Below the pieces are notes generated by a model. That model did not search any database, was not told the origin of the DNA, and saw only the letters and a program-made list of their open reading frames with translations. 64,000 nucleotides of DNA from Planctomycetota bacterium (lineage in GTDB: Bacteria > Planctomycetota > B15-G4 > SIAN01): assembly GCA_031409275.1 (NCBI GenBank), contig JANNXA010000018.1, positions 59,339-123,338 of the forward strand, given 5' to 3'. A program made the translations under genes and the position numbers. Each line of letters begins with the position of its first letter. Positions within the stretch are counted from its first letter, which is position 1. Shown here one piece after another: positions 48,289 through 57,312 of the stretch.

Positions 48289-49734
48289 ATGCGATCCCCG
48301 CTGAGAATGCTGATCGCGCTGTGCGCCGCCGCAACACTGGCGTTGCCGGCGCCGGCTCAGGGCGCGTTCCTCGACGACGCCCCGAAGAAGCCGGACGGCA
48401 GCGCGAAGCCCGACGACAAGAAGCCTCCGGAGGCCAAGCCGGAGGAGAAGAAAGACGAGAAGAAGAAGGACGAGAAGAAGAAGGACGAGAAGAAGGACCG
48501 CTGGCTGGCGATCCTGAACGGCGACGTCCACACGATCTCCGATGGCGTGCTGCGCGGCGCGACGCTGCTGTGCAAGAACGACAAGATCCACGCGATCGGC
48601 TACGGCATCGAGGTGCCCAAGGAAGCGGCGACGATCGATGCTGCCGGGCTGCACCTCTATCCGGGATTGATCGCGGTCAACTCGTCGCAGGTCATCGGGA
48701 GCGAGCCGCTCGAGTTCACCACCGACGTCTTCTCCTACAACATGACGTTCGCGCTCGCCTGCGGATGGACGACGCTCGTCTCGGGCAACAGCGCCGGCAA
48801 GCTCACCTACGGCACGCTCGATGGGCTGCTCCTGCGCGCCAACCTGCTGATGCGCATGAGCTACATGAGCGGTGACGAGCGCCGTCGCATGCGCGAGGAC
48901 CTCGAGACTGCGCGCGAGTACCTGCGCAAGCGCAAGCTCTTCGAGCAGCAGAAGGCGACCAACCCGGCGGCCGAGGAGCCGAAGCCGGAGGGCGTGAACC
49001 AGGAATACTTGAAGCTGATCGGCGGCGATGTGATCGCTCGGTTCGACGCCGCCACCGCCGAAGACCTGCGCGCGATCGCCAAGCTCGCGACGGAGTACGG
49101 CTTCAAGGCGGTGATCTTCGGCGCCACCGAAGGGTGGATCGTCGCCGAGGAACTCGGTCGCGCCGGCATCTCCTGCGTCATCACGCCGAACACGCCGCGC
49201 GTCGAGCGCGATGCGCGCCTCAATCGCGCCAATGGCGCCACGATCGAGAACGCGGCGCTGCTCTGGAAGGGCGGCGTCAAGGTCGCGGTGATTCCCGGCA
49301 GCGCGCGACTTGGCAACGACGGCCTCGTCGATCGCGACCTGCGCACGCCGACGCTCGAAGCGGCGCTGGCGGTGCGAGGCGGTCTGCCGCGCGATGCCGC
49401 CGAGGCGGCGCTCACCATCAACGCGGCGCGCGTGCTGGGCATCGACGATCGCGTCGGTTCGCTCGAAGTCGGCAAGGACGCCGACATCATCCTCGTCGAC
49501 GGTGAACTGCTCGACTACCAGAGCTTCGTCTACTACTCGATCGTGAACGGCCGCCTCGCCTACGACAAGGCGAAGGAGTCGCTCTTCCGCGATCTCCGTC
49601 CTCGCCCCTCCACCTACCAGGAGCCCAAGCCGCCGGAGCCTCCGAAGGAGGAGCCGAAGCCGGAGGAGGCGAAGAAGGAGGAGCCGAAGCCGGAGGAGAA
49701 GAAGGAAGAGGGGGCGAAGCCGGAAGAGAAGTAA
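48289..49734 (+). CDS. Exported amidohydrolase-fold protein 8 (degenerate; K/E/P-rich tails)
   Basis: Signal peptide; YPGLIAVNSS, GWTT, AARVLG..GSLEVGKDAD. Confidence 0.88.
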   Translation: MRSPLRMLIALCAAATLALPAPAQGAFLDDAPKKPDGSAKPDDKKPPEAKPEEKKDEKKKDEKKKDEKKDRWLAILNGDVHTISDGVLRGATLLCKNDKIHAIGYGIEVPKEAATIDAAGLHLYPGLIAVNSSQVIGSEPLEFTTDVFSYNMTFALACGWTTLVSGNSAGKLTYGTLDGLLLRANLLMRMSYMSGDERRRMREDLETAREYLRKRKLFEQQKATNPAAEEPKPEGVNQEYLKLIGGDVIARFDAATAEDLRAIAKLATEYGFKAVIFGATEGWIVAEELGRAGISCVITPNTPRVERDARLNRANGATIENAALLWKGGVKVAVIPGSARLGNDGLVDRDLRTPTLEAALAVRGGLPRDAAEAALTINAARVLGIDDRVGSLEVGKDADIILVDGELLDYQSFVYYSIVNGRLAYDKAKESLFRDLRPRPSTYQEPKPPEPPKEEPKPEEAKKEEPKPEEKKEEGAKPEEK

Positions 49735-49740
49735 GCGTTG

Positions 49741-49768
49741 CTGCTGACGGGCCTTCGGCCCGCAGCAG
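49741..49768 (+). terminator. Hairpin directly after the amidohydrolase operon
   Basis: CTGCTG-A-CGGGC-CTTCG-GCCCG-CAGCAG; no U-tract. Confidence 0.45.
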
Positions 49769-49866
49769 AACGCGGCGCCGGCGAGACTGCGCGGCGCGCA
49801 GCTCGCCTCTCCGGTGTTGCAGCTGACGAGCGGCGCGGTGCGCCGACTCGCAGCTGAACCGAGGGA

Positions 49867-50158
49867 GCGGTGGTGAGGCGCGCGGCTGCGAGGACGCAGC
49901 GCGCGGCGAGAGCGGGGCGGTGGTGGGGCGCGCGGCTGCGAGGACGCAGCGCGCGGCGAGAGCGGGGCAGTGGTGAGGCGCGCGGCTGCGAGGACGCAGC
50001 GCGCGGCGAGAGCGGGGCGGTGGTGAGGCGCGCGGCTGCGAGGACGCAGCGCGCGGCGAAAGCGGGGCGGTGGTGGGGCGCGCGGCTGCGAGGACGCAGC
50101 GCGCGGCGAAAGCGGGGCGGTGGTGAGGCGCGCGGCTGCGAGGACGCAGCGCGCGGCG
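49867..50158. repeat. Intergenic 50-bp tandem repeat, about 5.8 copies, each with an internal hairpin
   Basis: Unit TGGTGRGGCGCGCGGCTGCGAGGACGCAGCGCGCGGCGARAGCGGGGCRG starting at 49871, 49921, 49971, 50021, 50071, 50121. Confidence 0.95.
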
Positions 50159-50226
50159 GTGGCGGGGAGCGGCGCTTCGCGCCGGCTCGAGAGCAAGAGG
50201 GGACCGGGAAGGGTGCCCGAAGCGGC

Positions 50227-50250
50227 ATTTAGTTGACCAGTCAAGTAAAT
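50227..50250. promoter_or_regulatory. Imperfect 24-bp palindrome ATTTAGTTGACCAGTCAAGTAAAT, likely MarR operator
   Basis: AT-rich inverted repeat ending 17 bp before the marR start. Confidence 0.65.
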
Positions 50251-50266
50251 GGGCTAGCTTGAGGGC

Positions 50267-50752
50267 ATGAAGCGCGGGACGACGACGCAGCAGGCGATCG
50301 GGCAGACACGGCCGTTCCGGTCGCGTGGGCAAGAGGCGATGGTGGCGCTGCTCCTCGCAGCCGAGGCGCTGAAGGGGCGTCTCGCGGGCGTCCTTGCGCA
50401 GCGCGAAGAGATCACGCTCCAGCAGTACAACGTGCTGCGGATCCTGCGAGGCGCCGGTCCCGATGGATTGCCGACGCTCGACATCGTCGAACGGATGATC
50501 GAGAAGACGCCCGGGATCACCCGCCTGATCGATCGCCTCAAATCAAAGCAGTTCGTCGCGCGCTACCGGCTCGAGCGCGATCGTCGCCAGGTCTGGTGCC
50601 GACTCACGCCGGCGGGGGCGACGCTCCTCGCCGACCTCGATGGGCCGATCGATGCCTTCGACGGCGCGGCGCTCGACTGCCTGTCGGCGCGCGAGCTGGT
50701 GAGCTTCATCGAACTGCTCGATCGCGTCCGCAACCATCAACCGGAGGCGTAG
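50267..50752 (+). CDS. MarR-family transcriptional regulator
   Basis: ITLQQYNVLRILRGA, RMIEKTPGITRLIDRL, DRRQV..LT..G. Confidence 0.93.
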   Translation: MKRGTTTQQAIGQTRPFRSRGQEAMVALLLAAEALKGRLAGVLAQREEITLQQYNVLRILRGAGPDGLPTLDIVERMIEKTPGITRLIDRLKSKQFVARYRLERDRRQVWCRLTPAGATLLADLDGPIDAFDGAALDCLSARELVSFIELLDRVRNHQPEA

Positions 50753-50804
50753 TCGGCGACGACCGCAACGCACTCTTCCTCGCTCCTCTTCCAAGGACAC
50801 AAAG

Positions 50805-51320
50805 ATGACTAGTCAATCAATTGCCTCGACCGCCTGCGATGCCGTCTCCCACGAGCGACTCGGCTGCCGCCTCCATCGGCTCCTCTTCGGGACGGGGTCG
50901 CATTGGAGCGGGACTCTCCTTCGCCTGACGCTGGCGCTGGTCATGTTCCCGCATGGCGCTCAGAAGGCGCTCGGGTGGTTCGGGGGCTACGGCTTCGATG
51001 GGACGATGGGCTTCCTCACGGGCACGGTGGGGTTGCCGTGGCTCGTCGCGGTGCTGGTGATCGCCATCGAGTTCCTCGGGCCGATCGCGCTGGCGTTGGG
51101 CGCGCTCACGCGGTTGGCGGCGGTCGGGATGATCGCCGTGATGGTCGGCGCGGTCGCTACGGTCCACGTCGGCAACGGCTTCTCCATGAACTGGACGGGC
51201 GCGCAGGCGGGTGAGGGGTTCGAGTACCACCTGCTGGTGATCGGCATGTCGCTGGCGCTGCTGGTCGCGGGCGGTGGGAGGCTCTCCGTCGACGGCATGC
51301 TGGCGAGCGAGCGCCGATGA
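50805..51320 (+). CDS. DoxX-family membrane protein
   Basis: LLRLTL..MFPHGAQK..GWFGG, EFLG, GF.MNW.G...GEGFEYH, GGGRLSVD. Confidence 0.93.
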   Translation: MTSQSIASTACDAVSHERLGCRLHRLLFGTGSHWSGTLLRLTLALVMFPHGAQKALGWFGGYGFDGTMGFLTGTVGLPWLVAVLVIAIEFLGPIALALGALTRLAAVGMIAVMVGAVATVHVGNGFSMNWTGAQAGEGFEYHLLVIGMSLALLVAGGGRLSVDGMLASERR

Positions 51321-51362
51321 GCGGGGGAGCGGGGGAGCGGGGGAGAGCGCGTCGGGCCGCCG

Positions 51363-52301
51363 TCAGCTCGCGAAGAGCCGGTCCATCTGCTCGGCGATCT
51401 GCTTCAGCCGCTTGCGATCGCCGCCGGCGACTTCGGCCGTCGCCCAGCGGCCGCCGGGAGCGGTCGAGTAGCCGACCTCGTCGAGCGCCTTCATCACCGC
51501 CGGCCAATCCACGCTGCCCTCGCCGAGTTCGACATCGAAACCGCGCCACAGGCCGGCGTCGTCGCGCTTCTTGCGGCTGTAGTCCTTGATGTGCAGTTTC
51601 GCGATGCGCGGGCCGAGCAGCCGGATCCACTGCTCGGGCCAGCCGTAGTTGACGACGTTGCCGATGTCGAAGTGGAACTGCAGCCACGGACTGTCGAGTT
51701 CGTCGACGTAGCGCGCCGCTTCCAGCGGCGAGAGCAGGAACTGGTTCCAGACGTTCTCGACGGCGATGACGACCCGCAGCTCCGCGGCCAGCGGGAGCAC
51801 CCCGCGGATCGCCTCCTGCGAGCGAGTCCAGGCCTGGTCGTAGGGCTGCTCGGCGCTCACCACGGCGGGCACGAGGAGGATGCTGACCGCGCCGCACGCC
51901 TTGGCATCGCGCAACGCCGCCTCGAGTCCCTCGATTCCGTTCCGGCGGACCGGTGCGTCGCTGCTGTTGAGCGGCGCACCCCAGTGGACCGAGTCGACGA
52001 CGCCGTGGATGCGCACCCCGGTTCGCTCCTGTGCCTCGAGCAGCGCGTCGAGCGGCTCGGCAGCGGGTCGGTCGATCTCGACGCCGTCGAAGCCGAGGTC
52101 GCGCAGGAGGAGGAAGCGGTCGAGCGTCGTCTTCCCCTCGCCGACCATGCCCAGCCCCACCGCCTTCTTCAGGGTGCGGCGCGCTCGCGCCGGAGCCTGG
52201 CCATGCGCCGCGCTCGGCAGCAGCAGTCCGGCGACGGCGGCGCCGGCTTGGACGAGGAAGCGTCGGCGAGCGTGGAGCTCGGATGGCACGTGGATCTTCA
52301 T
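51363..52301 (-). CDS. Tat-exported sugar phosphate isomerase/epimerase (xylose isomerase-like TIM barrel)
   Basis: RRRFL Tat motif; GFDGVE, ENVWNQFLLSP, FDIGN, LHIKD, GEGSVDW. Confidence 0.9.
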   Translation of the reverse strand: MKIHVPSELHARRRFLVQAGAAVAGLLLPSAAHGQAPARARRTLKKAVGLGMVGEGKTTLDRFLLLRDLGFDGVEIDRPAAEPLDALLEAQERTGVRIHGVVDSVHWGAPLNSSDAPVRRNGIEGLEAALRDAKACGAVSILLVPAVVSAEQPYDQAWTRSQEAIRGVLPLAAELRVVIAVENVWNQFLLSPLEAARYVDELDSPWLQFHFDIGNVVNYGWPEQWIRLLGPRIAKLHIKDYSRKKRDDAGLWRGFDVELGEGSVDWPAVMKALDEVGYSTAPGGRWATAEVAGGDRKRLKQIAEQMDRLFAS

Positions 52302-52381
52302 GCGCGGTGAAGATAGCGCGCTGCGGCAGTGGCGCGGAGCGCGCCGCACGCGATACTCGGCGCCGTCAAAGGGGGACGCCG

Positions 52382-53761
52382 ATGAAGTGGATCGAAGCGC
52401 TGTCTCTGTCGTTCTGCTTGTCGCTGACGTCCGCGCTCGCCGGACAGGTGAAGCCCGACGCAGAGGAGTCGAAGCCGCGTCCCGAGCGCAGCGTTGCTGC
52501 CGCGAAGGCTCGCGCCGCGAGCGAACAGAAGCCGATCCTCGTTCTGGTGCTCGACGATCGCGAGCCGGCCTGCCAGCGGATGATCGAGAAGGTCTACGCC
52601 GATCCGGCGGTGCGCAAGCGGTTCGAGGATTTCGTGCTGCTGGTCAGCAATCCGGGATTGCACGCGGGCGAACCGATCGAGCGCGACGGCGCGACCGTCG
52701 TGGGTTGCGCCAAGTACGAAGGGCTCATGTGCGGCGAGCACCAGGCGATCGAGCAGGAACTGCGGCCGCAGTTCGCTGCGACCGAAGCCGGGGTCATCGT
52801 GCCGCAACATCTGCTCTTCGGCAGCGATGCGACGTTGCTGCTCAAGCGGCCCTACGCGATGAAGCGCGAGGGGTTCCTCGAGTTCCTCGCGGCGGCGGCG
52901 CCGGTCGCCGGCGCCAAGGCTTCCGGTCCCGCGCTTCGTTCGCCCGCGGTCGACACGCAGGCGCAGGCGATCCTCGATGCGCGCGACCCGGCCGCGCGCG
53001 AAGTCGCCGTGCGCGCGCTCGCTTCCGACGTATCACCGGAGCGCGAGCAGGCGTTCCTCGAGGTCCTGGGAAGGCTGCGGCGCGCCGACGACCGCGGCGC
53101 GGTGCTGCGCGCGTTGGGGTACGCCGAGCACCATCCGTGGGCGCCAACGGTCGCGATGCTGCTGGATGACAAGGATCGCCACGTGCGCCAATGCGCGATC
53201 GTGACGCTCGAAGAACTCGGGGCCGACGTGGTGATCGACGATCTGCTGGCGCAATGGGCCAACGAGAAGGACGCGGGGCTGCGACAGGACCTGCTGCGCG
53301 CGCTCGGGCCGTGCGGCGACGGGAATGCGGAAGCGCGTCGCATCGTGATCGGCGAACTTGCGTCCGCGAAGGAGAGCACGCGCGTCGCCGCCGCGCTCTC
53401 GCTCGGCGCGCTGCTCGGCGATGCGCCGGAAGCGGCGGAGGTCTTCGAGGCGCGCTGGAAGAAGGAGAAGAGCGCGCGCGTGCGCGTGGCGCTGGCGTGG
53501 GGGATGGGCGCCTCCGAGGACAAGGAGCAAGAGGCGTTGCTCGATCGCGTCCTCGCGCGCGAGAAGGAGGATGACGTCCAGAAGATCGCCGTCGTCGTGC
53601 GCGAGCGACTGCATGGCAAGTCGATCGGCGCGGCGCCGAAGGCGCTGGGGAAGGGCGGCGGCAAGGAGGTGCGGCGCATCCTCGGCCCGCTCTTCGAGGA
53701 CGATGTCGTCGAGCGCAACGCGATGCGCGACGCGGATCGCAAGATCAGCGGCAAGCAGTGA
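52382..53761 (+). CDS. Exported thioredoxin-like plus HEAT-repeat protein
   Basis: Signal peptide; AKARA..KPILVLV..EPACQRM, IVPQHL; HEAT repeats LDDKDRHVRQCAIVTL. Confidence 0.75.
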   Translation: MKWIEALSLSFCLSLTSALAGQVKPDAEESKPRPERSVAAAKARAASEQKPILVLVLDDREPACQRMIEKVYADPAVRKRFEDFVLLVSNPGLHAGEPIERDGATVVGCAKYEGLMCGEHQAIEQELRPQFAATEAGVIVPQHLLFGSDATLLLKRPYAMKREGFLEFLAAAAPVAGAKASGPALRSPAVDTQAQAILDARDPAAREVAVRALASDVSPEREQAFLEVLGRLRRADDRGAVLRALGYAEHHPWAPTVAMLLDDKDRHVRQCAIVTLEELGADVVIDDLLAQWANEKDAGLRQDLLRALGPCGDGNAEARRIVIGELASAKESTRVAAALSLGALLGDAPEAAEVFEARWKKEKSARVRVALAWGMGASEDKEQEALLDRVLAREKEDDVQKIAVVVRERLHGKSIGAAPKALGKGGGKEVRRILGPLFEDDVVERNAMRDADRKISGKQ

Positions 53762-55227
53762 GCTCTTCCTTGCGACTGACCAAGATCGTCGCGACGCTCG
53801 GTCCCGCCTCGTCCTCGCCACGCGTCATCGCCGCGATGATCGCCGCCGGGCTCGACGTGGCGCGGCTCAACTTCTCGCACGGTGATGCGGCGGGCCATGC
53901 GTCGCTGGCCGCCCGCGTCCGATCGGCCGCCCGACGCGCAGGTCGCCACGTCGCGGTGCTGCAGGACCTGCAGGGGCCGCGCATCCGTCTCGGCGCGCTT
54001 CCGCCGTCCATGTGCGCCGCGGATGGCACGCTGACGCTGGTCCTCGACGCGCCGGTGCTCCTCGGCGCTCCAGCCCGCGCGGCATCGCGCCACTCTCCGA
54101 TCGCGCTGCCGACGACCTTCGCAGCGCTCGTGCGCGATGTGCGTCGCGGCCAGCGCCTGCTGCTTCGCGACGGCCGGGTCGAGCTGCGCGTCGAGGGAGT
54201 GCGCAACGGCGCCATTCGCTGCGTGGTCACGCGGGCCGGTGCGGTGCGCTCCCATTCCGGCATCAACGCGCCCGACTCGCGCCTGCGCGTGCCGGCCATC
54301 ACGGCCAAGGATCGCGCCGACCTCGCGACCGGCGCGGCCATCGGCGTCGACGCCATCGCGCTGTCGTTCGTGCGCAACGCCGCGGATGTCGACAACGCGC
54401 GCCGCGAGCTCACGCGTCTCGGCAGCAAAGCGTTGATCGTCGCGAAGATCGAGCGGCGCGAGGCGCTCGAAGAGCTCGATTCGCTGCTGCACGCTGCCGA
54501 CGGCGTGATGGTCGCGCGTGGCGACCTGGGCGTCGAACTCGGTCCCGAAACGGTGCCGTTGCTGCAGAAGGAGATCGTCAAGCGGGCGCTGCGCAGCCAC
54601 TCCTTCGCGATCACCGCGACGCAGATGCTCGAATCGATGATCAGCAGCGCGACGCCGACTCGCGCCGAGGTCTCCGACGTCGCCAACGCGATCCTCGATG
54701 GGACCGACGCGGTGATGCTGTCGGGTGAGAGCGCGAGCGGCGCCTTCCCGGTCGAGGCGGTGGCGGCGATGGATCGCATCGCGCGGCACGTCGAAGGGCG
54801 CGCGCGCGTCGACCTCCCGCCGGAAGCGCCGGTGACTGCGCCCGCGCACGATTTCGTCTTCGCACTCGCGGGTGCCGCCGTCGCGCTCGCCGACCACGCC
54901 GGCGCGCGCGCGTTGCTTCCCTTCACGATGTCGGGGCGCACTGCGGCGATCGTCGCCACCTACCGGCCGGAGCAGCCGATCCTCGCCGTCACCCCCAACG
55001 TCGCGACGGCGCGCCGACTCGCCTTCTGGCGCGGCGTGCATGCGCGCGTGTTGCCGGTGCCCAAGGACCTCGCCCGCTTGTTCGCCTCCGGCGTGCGTGC
55101 AGCGGTGGCGGCGGGGGAGCTGGCGCCGGGCGACGTCGCCGTGCTGGTCGGCGGCCATGAGCTCGCCGTCGGCGGTTCGAACACCGTGCAGGTGGTCCGT
55201 GTCGGGGCGCGGCCGCCTCGACGTTGA
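53758..55227 (+). CDS. pyk: Pyruvate kinase
   Basis: TKIVATLGPAS, RLNFSHG, DLQGP, AKIE, MVARGDLGVE, ATQMLESM, DAVMLSGE. Confidence 0.97.
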   Translation: MSSSLRLTKIVATLGPASSSPRVIAAMIAAGLDVARLNFSHGDAAGHASLAARVRSAARRAGRHVAVLQDLQGPRIRLGALPPSMCAADGTLTLVLDAPVLLGAPARAASRHSPIALPTTFAALVRDVRRGQRLLLRDGRVELRVEGVRNGAIRCVVTRAGAVRSHSGINAPDSRLRVPAITAKDRADLATGAAIGVDAIALSFVRNAADVDNARRELTRLGSKALIVAKIERREALEELDSLLHAADGVMVARGDLGVELGPETVPLLQKEIVKRALRSHSFAITATQMLESMISSATPTRAEVSDVANAILDGTDAVMLSGESASGAFPVEAVAAMDRIARHVEGRARVDLPPEAPVTAPAHDFVFALAGAAVALADHAGARALLPFTMSGRTAAIVATYRPEQPILAVTPNVATARRLAFWRGVHARVLPVPKDLARLFASGVRAAVAAGELAPGDVAVLVGGHELAVGGSNTVQVVRVGARPPRR

Positions 55228-55259
55228 CGGCACACCGGCGCGGCGCTTCCATCCTCGCC

Positions 55260-56195
55260 ATGCGAAGCACGGCGACGGGCGAAGCAGGCGAGTCGACGGG
55301 CCCTGGCGACGGCGATGGCGACGCCGCGCGCACCCTCGAGCTGTTCGTGCGCTGGCGCGGCGGTGACGACCTCGCGGCGGCGCAGCTCTTCGAGCTCCAC
55401 AAGAACTTCATCGCCGCGCATGTCGTGAGTTCGCTCGGACCGAAGTTGCGCACGAAGATCGAGGCCGACGACGTCGTGCAGGACGTCGGCATCTGCCTGT
55501 TGCGCTACCAGCCCAAGGCCGAGGACGGCGCCGTCGAGCGCTTCCGCGGCCTGCTTCGCACGATGGTCTCTCACGTGATCACCGACCATCACCGTCGCCT
55601 CTTCGGGGCGGAGAAGCGCTATCCCGGCGTCGAGCACCCGATCATCAGCGACACCGGCATGGCGCACGATCCGCCGCGCGAGCAGGCCTCGACGCCGAGC
55701 GCCGCCTTCGCGCGCCAGCAGGATGTCGCCCTCGCGCGCGTCACCTTCTGGTTCGTCGAGCCGGAGCGACGCGACCTGATCGCGCTGCGCTGGTGGTACG
55801 ACACCCCCTTCTCCGAGCTTGCGGAGCGCTTCGGCGCCGACGATGCGGCGATGCGCATGCGCCACCTGCGTGCAACGCAGGAGTTCGGACGCGTGCTGAC
55901 CAAGGTGAAGGCGGCGTTGGCGCAACTGCCGACTGCCGAAGCCGACCTGCTGGCCGAGGAGAGCTCGGGTCCGCCCGGCGCCACCGCGTCGGTCGACTCG
56001 CGCGTGCTGGCCCATTCGCGCGTGACCCGTTTCGCCAGCTTCCTCGCCGTGCTGCGCAAGGTCGCCACGCTCATCGGTGAGCCCCTGCATCCGCTGGCCG
56101 ACGGCTGGCCGCGCATCCTGCGGACGGTGCCAAGCCGCGGCGCGAAGGATCCGGAAGCGCCGCCACCCGCGCCAGGGCGCGATCGAGGTCGCTGA
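55260..56195 (+). CDS. ECF sigma-70 factor, planctomycete-like, with C-terminal extension
   Basis: LRTKIEADDVVQ, FRGLL, TPSAAFARQ, region 4 RDLIALR...FSELAER...AMRMRHLRA. Confidence 0.75.
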   Translation: MRSTATGEAGESTGPGDGDGDAARTLELFVRWRGGDDLAAAQLFELHKNFIAAHVVSSLGPKLRTKIEADDVVQDVGICLLRYQPKAEDGAVERFRGLLRTMVSHVITDHHRRLFGAEKRYPGVEHPIISDTGMAHDPPREQASTPSAAFARQQDVALARVTFWFVEPERRDLIALRWWYDTPFSELAERFGADDAAMRMRHLRATQEFGRVLTKVKAALAQLPTAEADLLAEESSGPPGATASVDSRVLAHSRVTRFASFLAVLRKVATLIGEPLHPLADGWPRILRTVPSRGAKDPEAPPPAPGRDRGR

Positions 56196-57312
56196 TCAAG
56201 TCGGCCGCGTCCTCGATCCCGACGGAGAGGCGAAGCAGACGCTCCGAGATGCCGGCCGCGGCGCGCGCCTCGGGACTCATCGACGCATGCGTCATCGTGG
56301 CCGGATGGGCGATCAGGCTCTCGACGCCGCCCAACGACTCGGCCAGCGTGAAGCACTCGAGCCCGTTCACGAAGGCGGCGACCGCGCCGGGCCGCTCGCC
56401 AAGCTCGACGCTCAGCATCGCACCGAAGCCCTCCTGCTGGCGACGCGCCAGTTCATGCCCGGGATGGCTCGCGAGCCCCGGCCAGCAGACGCGTTCCACC
56501 AGCGGGTTCGAGGCGAGGTGGTGCGCGACCGTCGCCGCGTTCTCCTCGTGGACGCGCAGTCGCGCGGCGAGCGTCCGCACGCCGCGCAGCGTGAGGTAGC
56601 TGTCGAACGGCGCGCCGGTGATGCCGAGGCAGTTGGCCCACCAGGTGAGCTCCTCGCCAAGCGACTTCTCGGCGGCCAGCACCGCGCCGCCGACGACGTC
56701 GCTGTGGCCGTTCAGGTACTTCGTCGTCGAGTGGATCACGAGGTCGGCGCCGAAGTCGAGTGGTCGCTGCAACAGCGGCGACAGGAAGGTGTTGTCGACG
56801 GCGATGCGCGCTCCGGCGGCCTTCGCCTCGCGGCAGACGGCGGCGAGATCGGTGATGCGCAGCAGCGGATTGCTCGGCGTCTCGATCCAGGCGAGCGCGG
56901 TCGGTCGCGCGAACGCGGCGGCGCGGGCCACCGGGTCGGTCAGATCGCAGAGATCGACTTCGAAGAGCCCCTTGGCAGCCAGCGCCTTCAGCAGGCGCCA
57001 GGTGCCGCCGTAGCCGTCATGCGGCGCGACCACGCGGCCGCCGCGCGGGACGAGGTGCAGCACCAGCGTCACCGCCGCCATGCCGGTCGCGGTGATCACG
57101 CCGCTCGCGGCTCCTTCCAGTTCGGCGAGCGTCTCGGCCAGCAGGTCGCGCGTCGGATTCCCGCTGCGCGTGTAGTCGTAGCGGCGGCGGCCGCCGAGTC
57201 CTTCGAAGGTGAAGTTCGACGACAAGATCAGCGGCGGCGCGACGGCGCCGTGCTGCGTGTCGCGACAGAGTCCGTGGCGGGCGGCCACCGTGGCAGGAGC
57301 GACGCGGCTCAT
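56071..57312 (-). CDS. metB: Cystathionine gamma-synthase
   Basis: YDYTRSGNPTR, ETPSNPLL, DNTFLSP, HSTTKYLNGHSD, AESLGGVESL, RLSVGIE. Confidence 0.93.
   Translation of the reverse strand: MSRVAPATVAARHGLCRDTQHGAVAPPLILSSNFTFEGLGGRRRYDYTRSGNPTRDLLAETLAELEGAASGVITATGMAAVTLVLHLVPRGGRVVAPHDGYGGTWRLLKALAAKGLFEVDLCDLTDPVARAAAFARPTALAWIETPSNPLLRITDLAAVCREAKAAGARIAVDNTFLSPLLQRPLDFGADLVIHSTTKYLNGHSDVVGGAVLAAEKSLGEELTWWANCLGITGAPFDSYLTLRGVRTLAARLRVHEENAATVAHHLASNPLVERVCWPGLASHPGHELARRQQEGFGAMLSVELGERPGAVAAFVNGLECFTLAESLGGVESLIAHPATMTHASMSPEARAAAGISERLLRLSVGIEDAADLISDLDRALARVAALPDPSRRGLAPSAGCAASRRPADAGAHR

Noticed and set aside
49867..50158. CRISPR array
   Set aside because: Units are contiguous and near-identical with no unique spacers, and there are no cas genes in the window.
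49487..50332. Repeat-containing ORFs spanning the 50-bp array
   Set aside because: The unit length is not a multiple of three, and the products are low-complexity artefacts.
51319..51357. (AGCGGGGG)x3 run as a G-quadruplex or regulatory element
   Set aside because: A short microsatellite between convergent stops, expected by chance in very GC-rich DNA; no supporting evidence.
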